From Takakia lepidozioides (taxonomy: Eukaryota > Plantae > Bryophyta): a stretch of 64,000 nucleotides of DNA. Positions 13,101 through 25,940 of the stretch are shown piece after piece. Position 1 is the stretch's first letter. Every line of letters begins with the position of its first letter. Position numbers and translations under genes: made by a program. Under the pieces are notes generated by a model, which saw only the letters and a list, made by a program, of their open reading frames with translations, did not search any database and was not told the origin of the DNA. Location of the stretch: the NCBI GenBank assembly GCA_030704615.1, contig CM060731.1, positions 75,826,001 through 75,890,000 on the forward strand. The letters are read 5' to 3'.

Positions 13101-16100
13101 TTGAAATTGAACTCAAGGTCCTGAAAGTTTGCAGTGTGGCTATTTCACGCATGCTCAGTTGGCTTAACGCTAGAAGTTTAAAGCTTTGCAAGTAAGGCCT
13201 TGGATTCGCCCTTCTTCATTCTCAAGAGAGCTTTCTGCAAGGTAGTCCACATTCTTCTGGCAGCTGCTTTAGTTTAATGAAGGGTTTCAAATGTGTGCTA
13301 CCAGGCTGGCAACCAGGCATTCAGGAGGACGCCGCTGAGTGGGATGAGGACTGGGATAAATTTGATGATGAAGGTTTGCCCCTTCCCTTTTGTTCCTAAT
13401 GTCTGGGAAAGTACTAAAGTCTTGGGTAATTCCAGTTTATTTTGGAGTCTGACTTCTGATTTTGTTCTTCTGATACCTCAACTTTTGTTTCGTTAGATAT
13501 CATATATGTTCTTATTTCAACCAGATGTGTATTATAAAGGTTGAGTCTTATAAAAACGTAACTTTTTGTCCAAAGAGCTAAGGTGGACACCGTGTATTAT
13601 ATAGCTGTAATCAGGCAACACCATGTACTTCATAGACGATGTTGGGAGATTCTTACAGTTTAGTGCAATATCAAGAAGAAAAAAACCTCCCATTAGTTTT
13701 TAATGTGTGATTAACCATCAACTTTTTGGCCAACGCAACAAAGCATTTGGTAAAAGCAGTGGTAATCCCTTTTTGTAGCCGCTTCCCTTGCCAAATCTCA
13801 AAACTGTGCTGACCAAAGCTCTATTGTGCTTCAAAGATCTATTGTACGCACTGTGCCCAAAACAGTGGTCTTCTTTCTCTAGCGAAAATTCCTGTTGATC
13901 CAATTTTATTCGCAATGTTGTTGTAGATTACGGATATCATGGAAACAGTAAATGACTTGAGATATGGTTGAGTGTTATAAAACTGCTGATTCACGTTGAC
14001 TTGGAGAGGTTCTCACCCTCTGTCATTTGAAACCTTACACTTCTACATCCTGTTGTAAAGTTATACTTTTGTCTGATAAAACTTGCAGGATTCTCAGCAG
14101 TCCAGGATTTCATGGATGAAACAACTGTGGGTTCTGGTGTGAACGTCTCCACTGCAAAACCGACTGCAGCTGCTCGCTGGGCAGAGGGAGAAAGCCCTTT
14201 TGATGATGGCTTCAACTTCTCGTCGTCTCCCACTTCAGATCACAAGGGTGTCAGTCCAAGGGATAATTCAGCTTCTGTGCCGGAACAATCTCCTTCAGAC
14301 TTGCACTCGCCAGATGGCAGTGACAGGTCAGCAAGGACTGAGGCAGAGGGCCCTGCGAATGATCTGTTACTTTCGAGCTCACAGCCAGGTGGGAAAGGTG
14401 GGCTTGCCACCTTGGCCAACATCAGCAAGGCCAGTCCAAGGTATTCGGCATGCTTGCATCATTTGGTGTGTTGAAGCTTCTTGGGACATCATTTACTGAA
14501 AAACAGGCAGTAACCCAAACTGAATCAGTGACTGGAAATTTCCCCCCCCTGGAGGGTACATGAAAGCCAAGTTTGGAGGGTATCCTCATTGATAATACTC
14601 TTGTCCATGGGCCCTTAGGCCCCCCTGTAGATATCATAGAGTTTCTTTCTTTCCTGGGGCTCAATGGACAGTCATTTCTTGCTTTCTCTCTCTAGACGTT
14701 ATAAAGCACCATTTCATTTCATTTCTCTCTGTCTCACACACGTCTCTCTCTCTCTCTCTCTCCCTCCATCGGATGAGCATTACATGTGAATTTATGTATT
14801 TGATATTTAATGCTTGCCCCAATGCAGGTATGCAAATGTGGGGGAATCACAGGAGTTTGGGGCAGATACCTTCAACGGTCCCACTTCCTTAAGCTCGCCT
14901 ACTAACAGGTCATGTCCTTTTCTCTTTGCCCTTCTGCTGGGTGTGATGGCATTGTCAACGAGCTAATTAAGCATGGTGGCTATCCTATGTTAGAGGCTTT
15001 GGCCCTCCTCTTTAACCTTATTTGGAAGACTGGACTGATACGAGGGTGTCACTGTCAAAGGCGACAGAGAAGAGCCTGGAAACTACCATGGCATTGCACT
15101 TCCAAACTGTGTGCTGGGTCTATGGCCACCAGGCTATGGCAAACGTCTTAGGAGTACATTCTCTTTGACCTTCTTGGTAACTCCCAAACTTGGTAAACAG
15201 GTTCTCTCCTACCATTGGCTTATTGACTGTTGCAAGTGCTGAGTCCCACAACTTGGCTGATAACAGCTCTGAGCAAGGACGGGGCTCTTTCAACTCACGA
15301 GAGGCATTTGGTGAGAATGGCGCTTCATGGCCATTTGGGAGCCACGAGGAAGAAGTGGAATCAGGCGTCCGCGCTTCATGGGGTCTCCAAAGTAATCCTC
15401 CCAGCACCCAGGTAGCTACGCCCACCCTCACACCCCACAGATTGCTCTTGGCCCCTATTCCTTAGTCATATCTTTTCCTTTTTCATGAACACTTATGCAG
15501 GGCACCTTTTCATATTGCATGATGTTGTTGGCTATGTCCCAGATCAAGCAAGAGTTTGACCATTGCATGTTCCTTTCATGTTTTCTTCCATTTTGTCCCA
15601 TAAGCTCTATGAGCTTTCCGCGGACGTTATAAAGCACCATTTCATTTCATTTCATTTCATGTTGAACTTATACACAAATGTTGTATTCATGGATCATTAC
15701 CGATTAATGTGGCCTGCAGCATACCCTTCCACGAGTTATATCCACTGGGGACAGGAACTGAGCCTAAATTGCATAAATGCTCTTATACAACAGATGATCA
15801 AGTATGAGGATTGTGAGTACACGGCATGCATAAGTATCACACTACTGGATCCCTTTACCTTAAAATAGAATGGCCATGTGGCTCATGGTTCCACGGCAAC
15901 TGGCGTGCAGATCAAAGGGCAGACCCTAGCCTCCTGTGTAGCATAGATCTGACCCCACGGTCTGTTTGAGTACAATGATGGTTCTAGTCATGAAATTCAA
16001 GCATTGAGGGTCAATTTGTCCCACAACTTTCTGCTCATAAGAGTGTTGGAGCTGGTTGTAGGTGTCGGTGGACGGAACAGGCTCACGGGGAGCAACAAGG

Positions 16101-16948
16101 TTTGGAAAAGCAGCAGCTTCACATGGTCTAATGGGTGATTCTCTGGATGTGGGATCTCTACCAATGTCAAGCCCAGGCAGGGGCACTCTGGATGGACCCT
16201 CAAGCCCTTCTCCAGTCTTTGAACGGAATGGAAATAGCCATGAAGCGTTCGATTCATATGGATCCGTGGCTTTTGGGAAAGACGCCAAGTTGTCACCCTT
16301 TTTTGGAGCTAGCTCAGGTCTCCGTACTGCGCCTTCCTCGTCTCTGGTTATGGGGAACCCTGGTGCTGGTAAGCAGGATGACCGGTTCGAGGGAAGTTTC
16401 ATGCATTTTGACGCATTTGGTCCCAGCAGCCCTGTAGCCCCACCCAGAGCTTCAGGTCAGTATCCGAATTGTATGTCTTTTCGTCAATTGGTTCCTTGTT
16501 CTATATTGTACCTTGGCCCCTGTGGACATTGTAAAGTTTCCTTCATTCTTTCTCTCCGTCCCTTCTGTTTCATTCCCTTCTCTTACACACGGAAACTTCG
16601 CTCTGGTCTGTTTAAATGGCATGTGTGGTCCATGGTAACAAGGTTATAGCAAGCGACTCTAGTGGAGGACATCTCAAACATAAATTGGATGTGTACAACC
16701 ATCTAAGTATTAACAGAAAAAGTGGTTTTGCTGTCTGTATGGTTTGTATTGCTGTAGGGGCGAGCGAGGATCGCATGGTTGCTGGCAGTAACCCTCTGGC
16801 AAGATTCGACTCATTCAGTAGTGTAAGAACTGATGGAGGTCGTGGTCGCGGCTTTGGCTCAGACGATGAATCGGATCCCTTTGCGGGCACTGGTCCATTT
16901 GGCGCAGGAGCGCAAACACCAAAGCATTCTGCCTGGAGTGCATTCTAA
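7139..16948 (+). CDS. EH-domain endocytic adaptor, AtEH1/AtEH2-Pan1/EPS15-like (TPLATE complex subunit homolog); 15 exons
   Basis: GT-AG, phase-consistent exons: 7139-7267, 8601-9618, 9971-10210, 10367-10602, 10976-11050, 11364-11435, 11739-11837, 12187-12258, 12520-12634, 13305-13373, 14089-14440, 14828-14908, 15201-15411, 16062-16455, 16758-16948. EH1: FDSFFRRADLDHDGRISGAEAV..IWQFAD..EFYNALKLV. EH2: WPRMTPNDVQRYTRVF..DTDHDGKITG..VWDLSDQDGDSMLSMREFC. Coiled coil VLFKSRCDNRL; GWQPGIQEDAAEWDEDWDKFDDEG; C-terminal DPFAGTGPF..WSAF. Confidence 0.92.
14695..15660 (+). repeat. Two copies of a retroposon 3' end with (CATTT)n tail (14695-14725 and 15623-15660)
   Basis: Identical GACGTTATAAAGCACCATTTCATTTCATTTC in introns 11 and 13 of the EH gene. 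Confidence 0.65.
14935..15110 (+). mobile_element. Intronic non-LTR (RTE-like) reverse transcriptase fragment
   Basis: Translates AGCDGIVNELIKHGGYPMLEALALLFNLIWKTG and, after a shift, KGDREEPGNYHGIAL. These match RT domain 0/1 motifs (PGxDG..ELxK; KGD...NYRxI) of non-LTR elements. Confidence 0.7.
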
Positions 16949-18639
16949 GGAATTTTTTTGTCTCCTCCCCACTCTGTGTCTATCAAGCTCAACCAATGGT
17001 TCTTTTTGCGGACGGTTCGTCCTATAGCGAGCCTCTACACGATGGTGGTCTACGTACTCATACACCATGCTCTATTCCTTTGTACTCCTGCAAATTCTTG
17101 TTCTATGGTGCTAGAACTGTCTTATCTTGAAAATTATATTTAGTTCATTGTGGCCATCTGTGGGGATTTCCTTATTTTGACTCAGGAAGAGAGTACTTGT
17201 GAGGTTCAAGGTCAATTCGGATTGACACAGTCCATGGATAGAGTCCAGAGTTCTTGTCTCCCTCTCTCTTGTCATAGTGCGCACTATTTCTGTAACCGAG
17301 TTCAACAGGCTTTGGACTCACTCCTGTGTATCTGACAAGTGTAGTTGGGGTACATCCTGGGTACAGTTTGTATGGATCTGATACTAGCAACATTGTAAGT
17401 ACTATAAATCAAATCAAATTCATTGGCTTCGCAGTAAAACAGTTATTATAGTGGATCGTCTCTGTTGCTTGTTGCCAGAAATGGTGGCTTGCTTGGGAGG
17501 CATTACAGTCGATTAAACTTGGAATGGTTTGAACCGTACCACCACACACAGACATGTACAGTTGCACCTTGAGTTTTTTCCACGGTGTAAGTGACAGTGA
17601 AGCGCCTTCACTCAAAATATCCAAGCTTTGGCATTGTTTGGATGTGATTGAAGTCAAATCATATAGCTTTATTCCTAAGGTAATTTTTTTCTCTTTTCCT
17701 GCCATGCATTTACTTTCTCTGTATTTCACCCCCAAATCTGAGGCATGGGTTCAGAGCTGGGTATGTATTGCATAGTGAAGTGGCTAGTGATATGTTTGGA
17801 TGCGCACCTGAGATGTGGCCACAAAAAACACGAAGGATATTATGAACTGGTGCCACCAATGACCACTGGGGCAGTTGTTCCACGCCATGTTTTTGCTCAC
17901 TCCAGGCACGTGGATTTACTCAGACTGCAACTGTAAAGCCTTCAATGGGGCTATTGGCTATCTGTTTCGGACTGCAATGGCATCACTGCCTTGGCTTTGG
18001 TGTGCCCCTCACACTGTCTCTGTCCTACCCGGGCGTCTGCATTCTTGGGTTCGTCCCATGCCAGCTTGGCATTTTTGCTTCATGGCCCTCAGGGTTTGTT
18101 GGCTATCTTGTAGAGAGAGACTTTGCGGACACATGCAAGTCAATGGAGAATATGTGGTCAAAGTACCTTACACCGTGTCAAGGTGATGATTGGTGTGGTG
18201 TGCTGAGTCATGCTCCCTAGTCTTACCTTCCTCTTATGTTGTGCCAAAGCAAAGCAAGAGAGCCAATTGCCGTTTGACACCTGTTATTATTTTTCTTCCC
18301 TTGTATAAAATTTGTGGGCTACCATCCCCACTTTGAAAAATAAAAGTAAAAGTGAAAATTGTAAACTTGAACATAATATCGACTTTTGATTTGCTCACCG
18401 GATTATACCAAAATCCAATGACCCAATGGGAAATGACATTCGGTGAGTGCGTTAGCTATCAAAAGTTTTAAGGTTTGTCGGAAAGCATTGCCAAAAAAAT
18501 TTGTTTGTGTTTATCATGCCGTTAAAAAGCAGAATTCATCATAGTCACAAGAACTTGATACAGTAGATACAGAAGACTTGTGGCTTGGGGCATTATGAAG
18601 TGCTTCGCAAGTTGCGGTGAGTGCTTTCATGACTTAGCC

Positions 18640-20095
18640 GTTTCTGCGCGGCCCCTCCTCGTACCCTTCTCTTCAGTCCCCTACAGACTCCTCTCGTATC
18701 TTCATCCCTCCCTTCCTTTCCCCTCTCTTCGCTTCAAGGTGGCCTTCCTCATCTTCCGCTCTTCATCGACCTAACATAGCTCGTTTTCGCCTCGTTTTCA
18801 GTGAGGTTTTGACAGTTCTAGTGCGGCACTCTCCATCATTGTCTCGGATTCTACCCTCCCTTGCGGCGCCCTTCATTGGATACTCGTGGCTGCATTTACT
18901 TCTTGACGGGACTCTTCATCTCTTCCTCTTCACCCTTGCTTTGGAGACACCCCCTGCACTTTTACGTCTTTGCTTGATCGGCTTACTGTTCTCTCTTATT
19001 CTCTGCGTTCGCTAGGGTCCCTCGCTCTCTCTTGATCTGCTGCTCCGCTTTTGGCTCTTCGGTGTACATCCCCTCCATCTCTCAATGGCGTATGTTCTAG
19101 CTGCAGTTAGGGCCTCTGCTCGCAGAGGCAATTTGCGACGTCACTCTAGTAGAGCCAGGCCAAACGAAAGGAGGCCCATGTACTCTGGCCCTGGGGTCTT
19201 GGGAGCTGCTCCCAGGCATCATCTTTCGCCAATCAGAGCCCCGATGCTCTGGAGCGAAGAGGTGGCTCTTACTGAGGAGGACCAACCCGTTCTCCAGCTG
19301 AACATGGAAATTATCAATGAACACTCCCATTTGTTGTCAGAGCAGGGGGTGTGCTTATTCACTTTTCCGGAAGAATCAGCGACAGGGTTTTCGCTAGGAA
19401 GTGGGCGCTGGAACATTTTGGAGCTGAAAGAGGCCTCACCTCCCATTTCTGCCTAGCTCTTGGCAGAGGCTTTTTCTCTATCATGTTCAGCTCTCCTGTT
19501 TTTGCTGCTAAAGCTCTAAGCTTTAATGTCAATCTATCTAAGTGTCGTATTCATATCTTCCCATGGTCGTCTGATTGGGGTCACAGAGGGGGGGTCACTT
19601 GCAAACCCCGTGTTTTGGCTCTCCCTTTTCTGCGAGGGAACTATCTGCGCTCCCTGCCAGAAATTGGTGCACACTTTGGTGTATATATCGGATCTTTGAA
19701 TCTTTTTGAACATGTCTCGTTAGATGCCTAGAGTATTGATAATGATGTTGTGGCCTTTGATGCACAACGTGATGGAGGAGTGCCTCAGCCAGTGGTCGTG
19801 ATGCTAGAGTCGTCTCCAATTGCTTCCTCTTTGAAGCTGCCCAACCCTGGATAACTCCTTCGTCACGGTGACGGTTAAGGAAGTCAATATTGCTATTATT
19901 TGCCATCACTGCCATGCGGAGGGACACGTAAAGGCGGACTGTCCGGTGTTTCTCGTTTATCAAGTCCAGGGACGAGACTGCACGACACAAGAAGGAAAAC
20001 GCGAAAAACCCATTGGCCCCTCACAAGGGCTGGAAACCAGCAAGGCTTGGTTGTTTGTCATTGAGTTTAGTGGCGTGTTTGGGGAGTCTAAGTGA
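18640..20095 (+). mobile_element. L1-clade LINE 5' part: pyrimidine-rich 5' UTR plus frameshifted ORF1
   Basis: ATG at 19085. DUF4283/RRM-like segment ALGRGFFSIMFSS...IFPWSSDW (19351 frame). Zinc knuckle CHHCHAEGHVKADC (CX2CX4HX4C) at ~19900-19945. Confidence 0.65.
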
Positions 20096-20299
20096 GAAAT
20101 AACGCTTAGTTTGTGGCAACCATCTTCCTCATGGCTTAGGGCTACTATTGGTGGTGTGTGGGAGCCGAAAGAGCAAGAATACCTTTGCTGATTTCTTCAC
20201 AGCCGCCATAGCTCGGTGCACAGAAGCCTAGAGTCCATGAGACACAAACCCTAGCTTGGCGTGGCTAAACCCCCTGGAGAAATGGCTAAACTGTCATGA

Positions 20300-21440
20300 G
20301 TGGCCTGTGGGGCTATGATGGGTTATGACAGGTTGTGCCCCCTGGCGTGTGGGGCTGTGACGGGCTGTGAGGGGCTGTGACAAGCTGTGCCCTGTGGCCT
20401 GTGGGGCTCTGACGGGCTGTGATAGGCTGTGGTGGGCTGTGCCCTGTGGCCTGTGGGGCTGTGACGGGCTGTGACACGCTGTGATGGGCTGTGAGGGGCT
20501 GTGACAGGCTATGGCGGGCTGTGACAGGCTGTGCCATGTGGCCTGTGGGGCTGTGACAAGCTGTGATGGGCTGTGGCGGGCTGTGACAGGCTATGCCCTG
20601 TGGCCTGTGGGGCTCTGACGGGCTGTGATGGGCTGTGGTGGGCTGTGCCCTGTGGCCTGTGGGGCTCTGACGGGCTGTGATGGGCTGTGATAGGCTATGG
20701 TGGGCTGTGCCCTGTGGCCTGTGGGGCTGTGAGGGGCTGTGATGGGCTGTGACAGGCTGTGCCATGTGGCCAGTGGGGCTGTGACGGGCTGTGAGGGGCT
20801 GTGCCCTATGGCCTGTGGGGCTGTGACGGGATGTGGCCTTTGGGGCTGTGACCCCTATGACCTGTGTAGGGCTGTGACAGGCTGTGCCCTATGGCCTGTG
20901 GGGCTGTGACGGGCTGTGACGGGCTGTGAGGGGCTGTGGCCTTTGGGGCTGTGACCCTTGTGACCTGTGTAGGGCTGTGACAGGCTGTGCCATGTGGCCT
21001 GTGGGGCTGTGACGGGTTGTGACGGGCTGTGACGGGCTGGGACAGGCTGTGGCCTGTGGCCTGTGGGGCTGTGAGGGGCTATGAGGGGCTGTGACAGGCT
21101 GTGCCCTATGGCCTATGGGGCTGTGACAGGCTATGGCCTTTGGGGCTGTGACCCTGTGACCTTTGTAGGGCTGTGACAGGCTGTGCCTGTGGCCTTTGGG
21201 GTTGTGATGGGCTGTGATAGGCTGTGACATGTGGCCTTTGGGGCTGTGACGGGCTGTGACAGGCTGCGGCCTGTGGGGCTGTGACCCTGTGACCTGTGAC
21301 CTGTGTAGGGCTGTGATAGGCTGTGGCTTGTGTGGGGCTGTGACGGCTGTGACCAGTGAGCTGTGTGGGCCTATGCTGGTCTGTGGTGGCCTGTGTTGAC
21401 TTGTGGACGGCCTGTGCTGACTTGTGGAGGCATTGGTGGA
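20300..21440. repeat. ~1.1-kb minisatellite of 8-10-bp GGGCTGTGAC/GGCCTGTG units with higher-order structure
   Basis: Direct reading: GGGCTGTGAC, GGGCTGTGAT, AGGCTGTGCC, CTGTGGCCTGTG repeated roughly 100 times. Lies upstream of the Gypsy gag. Confidence 0.95.
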
Positions 21441-22245
21441 CTGGCTAAGGACTCGCATGTGGTCTTGAAGGCCGAATTTTGAAGCTCGTGGAGGGCGGTC
21501 TGAGGAGTATCTTCATGATATTCCCATGGTCATGCAAGTGAGGGAAGAGAGGAGAAAAAGAGTGTTGGGATGAGGGCATGTTGGGGTTAGGCATTGCTTT
21601 AGCTTCTCTTCCTCATAGTTTCCACCCTCTCATTAGGCCAAGTCCTTTCCGTAGGTGGAAGCAAGAGTCAGTCCGAGTTTGGGTTGGGGTGTCCTTGCAG
21701 GAGCAACACCGTGGAGTTGTTTTTGGTGTGGGGGAGTTGTCGTTCTGATTTCTTGTGTTTGGATCCCCTCCACACCTGCATGCTTGACTGTGCGCCATGC
21801 TAGTTTTGTATGGGCGCTTGTTTTTATAGGTGATTGGTCTGGATTTGATCACCGGCCAGTCCTAGAGCATGCTGTCGATGGTGAGGCTGGGGTGATGACC
21901 AGCCAGACCATCATTGTTTCTCCTGTGGTGAGGTTGGAGGTGATGACCATTCAACCATAGGAGTGCTTGCTGTGGATGCAGGTACAGGTGTAGGCTATGT
22001 TAGGAACCTAGTATTCCAAACCATAAGCCGCAACAGGTTCTCTACCGAGAGGGGGTTATGGACATGTTGAATGACAGTTTATCAACACGGAGGTGCCACT
22101 AATTGCTGGGGACAGTGCCGGTTCGAGCACTAGCGATAATAGTGGGTACACGAGACGAGGTGTGCCGTTTAGGCCACCTTCACCTCCTGTGTCTTCTACG
22201 GAAGGTTCTGATTCGGATTGTGAATCAGGATGACTCATACCGGCA

Positions 22246-23480
22246 GTGCAAGTTGTTTCCTTGCCATTGTTGTGGGACACAATGGAGGAGATGTATGGAG
22301 CTACCAAGGGGCCACGAAGGTACTCTGGGGCGGTGGGCACCATCGAGTTGGATGATTTTATCCAAGAGTTTGATAGTTGGTGTGATTTGCAGCAAATGCG
22401 CAATCCACAACTATTTACGCCTTTCATGGCATAGAAGGGGTTTCAGCACCTTGAGGGGCCGCCTATGGATGATTACCATGAGTTCAGGCGGGGGCATGAG
22501 GTTGAGATCAAGGAGTGGAGAATGTACTGGTCACCCGATTATGTCTCCATCACTAGGGGCACTAGAGCCACGAGGGCAGTGGCTACACCTGCCGCTGCAC
22601 CGGCAGCTTCAGCAAGCAGCAGTGGGACTAGTGGGACTAGTGGTACAGTAGCTACGACGTCCACCCAAGCCACTACCGCACCAGCACTAGTACCCGTGCC
22701 TGCCTTCAACCCTGTTGTGGAGTTCTTCGAAGAGTTGAGAGGGAACTACCAAGGGGTGAGGACAAAGAAGTTGCGGAGCTTGCAAGAGTTCCAACGGAAG
22801 CCGACCGAGAGCTTGAGGGAGGCTTTCACTCGCATGAGGCATTTGATAAATGTAACCCAAGGGGTTACGGAAGCTCAGGCAGTCCAATTCTGGTATGGGA
22901 TATTGGACAAGGAGCTGAGGAGAAGGGTGCGGGATGCAATTCTCCTACAAGCGGCCCAACCCACCTTAACAAATGTGTTTTTGCGTGCAGAGCGGATAGA
23001 GCTCAACATGGTGGAGGAACGAGTGGTCATGGTGGGATTTGCTAAGGAGACACCACGGGGTAGTGGTGCTCCTAGCCAACCACTACCTCAACGTGCTCAA
23101 GGCAACAAGGGAGCTCAGGTGAAGCTAAGGGAAGGGTAGAGAGGACCTCAGATGCAGGGGTCTCTCCCTTCATTTGCTGGCCAACAACGGGCGGATGTGA
23201 TGTGCTAGACATGTGGAGGACCCCATGTCAAGAAGGATTGCCCAGAGGGAGGCAAAGGGCCGGCACATGCACAGCCTTCACAGTTGCAGTGTGGGCATTG
23301 TGGCAAGCACGGGCATGGAGAGGCCCAGTGTTATGGTTTGCATCCTGAGTTGCGCCCAGGCCAGTTCCAAGGGAACAATGGTGGCCAGGGGCGAGGTGGA
23401 GCAGCCTAGAGAGGACGAGGTGGCCAGGCACGAGGTGCTGGCCAAGGACGTGGAGGTCAGGGTGTTGACCAAGGCATGGC
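22246..23480 (+). pseudogene. Gag (capsid-like region plus two zinc knuckles)
   Basis: ELDDFIQEFDSWC; LQEFQRKPTESLREAFTRM (major-homology-like Q..E....F..R). Knuckles C*TCGGPHVKKDC (23203) and CGHCGKHGHGEAQCYGLHPELRP (23290). RGG-rich tail. In-frame stops. Confidence 0.8.
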
Positions 23481-24132
23481 CAACCGGCTTCAGCAGCTAG
23501 AGCAGAGGCTCGCTGCCATGGCTACAGCTCAGGTGATACCGGCTCCAAGGCCAGATGGTCCACCTCCTGCTCCTGAGAGAGGAGATATGGGAGGCATGGG
23601 ATTTATGTGCGGAGCAGCACTACCACTAGTGCAGGTGGAGTCGGCTGCAGCCGTGACTCGAGGAGCAGCACGAGTTCCTGAGCCACGAGGTGCAGAGGTG
23701 GAGTAGGATCCACAGCGTGGGGAGGCAAGCCGTCAGGCTAGGCTTCCTTAGTCATTCACATTGGCGGAGACAGTGTCGACGCCATCCATGGCACCTAGTT
23801 CTCACCCGATTGTAACCGAGGCGGAGGTTACTATGCCATTGGGGAGAGCTATACAGGTAACACCACTACCTAGTGTTGCCAAGGCTACGGCAGCTAGTGT
23901 GCTGCTAAGAGCGGCCACATCTGTGTGCCAGACTCCATTGTTCTCGGCTACCATGATTGCGACGCCGGGGGTAAGACCAGCTGAGGTGTTCAGGCTGGCA
24001 GCTACACTCTATGAGAGTGAGGATGTTACTTCATCTTCTGTGGAGATAGTGGGAGGTGTAGTGCCGGAGGGATCCTCGGATTTGAGGGTCAAGACTGCCA
24101 CAATGGCGCCATGACAAGCTGCAACTGCCAGG

Positions 24133-24633
24133 TTGATGGAGCTGCCAGCTAGGCCAGCCATTGAGCGCGTCATGGTGACACCTGGAGTTGTCATGTTAGA
24201 CAACCAGGATGACATTTTCTGTTTGAAAGGATTGGCAGGTAAGAGGCACTGGCCACTGCGGGTCTTGTTGGACTCAGGAGCTCAGTCATTGATGCTGGGC
24301 AGAGCTGTTATTGCAGGCTTGGGCCTCACGGACGCGGATATGGAGCCTTGTCATTTCCAGATACAGACGTCTCTGGGAGGATCGGAGTAGGCTCAGGGCA
24401 TGACACGGCGTGAGTTGGCTATCAAACTACGGCCGGATCACCCTACAGATGGCTCAGTGATGCGAGCCAAGGCCATTGTGACAGACGCAGTCTCGTACGA
24501 TGTCCTGGTTGGGGGGGCAATGTTGTACCCCATGGGCTTCATCCTGGATTTTTGGGAGGAGTCAGCTTCCTATAGGCTTGGATGGCAGTCAGGGGAGGGC
24601 CGGCGTGTGCAGCTCCCTGTGACGTTTATATGA
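24133..24633 (+). pseudogene. Retropepsin-type aspartic protease
   Basis: VLLDSGAQSLMLG catalytic DSG (~24271) and closing YDVLVGGAML motif; same frame as Gag; one internal TAG. Confidence 0.85.
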
Positions 24634-24959
24634 GGAGTTGCGGTTGCCCAGCGGGGCAAGATGCCGATACTAGCAGCATTCACAGCTGTAGTGACTTGGC
24701 CTGGGGAGTTGCTTGAGGGAAACGTTCATTCAGAGGATGACATACCTCCATGAGAGCAGGATGACAAGTATGATATGGCGGAGTTCCCTGCCATGGTTGC
24801 TCAGACTCCATTGTGGGGCACGAGCAAGGATTTGCAGCGGGTTGCTGATCGACGGGTGCAACAAGCCTAGGTAGAGGCTTTTGTACCATCAGGAGTGGAG
24901 GAGAGTGCGGGGATTGCACCAGGACCACCTCAGTTGTCTCCATTGGACACCACACCTAT

Positions 24960-25940
24960 TGTGTGGCAGTATCCGGATGAAGGCATTTGTCTTCTGGACT
25001 TGTTTGGCGGGATCAGCACCAGATTGGCTACTGTGTTACAGGCAGGTGTACGAGTTCGGTGTTACCTGTATGTGGAGAGGGATGAGACTGCACGACGCAT
25101 TTCACTTCGCCGTGTTGCTCAGTTGGTGCAGCGGTACCCTGAGTTGTTGCCGGTGGCTGCAGTTTGTGGATATTAGCAGGCCTTGCCAGCAGACATTTCG
25201 TTGCTAGGGGCGCAGGATTTGGAGCGGGTTGGCTCTATTGATCTGGTAGTGGCAGGTTGGCCTTGCCAAGGGCATTCATCAACCGGGCATAGCAATGGAT
25301 TGCGAGACTCGAGGTCGAGTCTGTTTTGGGAGATGGTGCGGGTTTTGCGCCACTTGCAGCTTTATCAAGCTGTATCTCCAGTATACATATTGGAGAATGT
25401 GCCACTGATGGGCGATTCTCGGGCCAGGATGATGGTCAGTGTGCATCAAGTCCGGTCGTGGTTTGGGTCAAGTGTTGTTAGATGCAGCTACAGTGGGGTC
25501 ACGGGCTCATCGTCCACGGCTATGGTGGACTAACTTGATGCCACCCGCACTGCTCAAGCGTGCATTTGATGGGGTGCAGCGGCCAGCACATCTCACAGTG
25601 GATAGCATTCTGGACACAGGGAGGCAGTCTCAGCGTGTGAGACACGATGACCGTTCGCCTTTGGCAGTGGTCAACAAGGTGGGTCAACCACGAGCAACAT
25701 TACCTACACTGCTCAGCTTCCCAGGATCGCATGCTTTCCGGGACAGTGGACCTGGCCTCCTGTGGAATACTCAATTGCAGCAGTTTAGTGGAGCCTAATG
25801 CTGACGAGTGTGAGCGGGCAATGGGTTTTACCACTGGTACCATGGCGGTGCCGTGTCTTTCTGAGGCAGCACGTCGTCAGGTGTTGGGGCAACCAATGGA
25901 TCTCAATTGCTTGACTTGCATTATCAGCTTGGCTATGGCT
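24960..25940 (+). pseudogene. DNMT3-like DNA (cytosine-5)-methyltransferase domain inside the retrotransposon polyprotein
   Basis: Motif I LLDLFGGIS; II YVERDETAR; III ADISLL; IV DLVVAGWPCQGHS (catalytic PC); V GLRDSRSSLFWE; VI YILENV; VII LLDAA; VIII AHRPRLWWTNL; IX EPNADECERAMGF; X SEAARRQVLGQPMD. One TAG (25174) and two +1 T frameshifts (~25463, ~25785). Confidence 0.93.

Noticed and set aside
20300-21440. CRISPR-like or telomeric array
   Set aside because: No unique spacers, and the unit is not TTTAGGG-like; eukaryotic minisatellite.
20313-21458. Minus-strand ORFs rich in HSPSQP repeats (150 and 189 aa)
   Set aside because: They are translations of the minisatellite; no domain or splice evidence.
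24960-25940. Host DRM/DNMT3 gene or bacterial contamination/restriction-modification MTase
   Set aside because: Intronless, in-frame with Gag and protease, decayed like the rest of the element, and flanked by intron-containing plant genes; no UBA domain or restriction partner.
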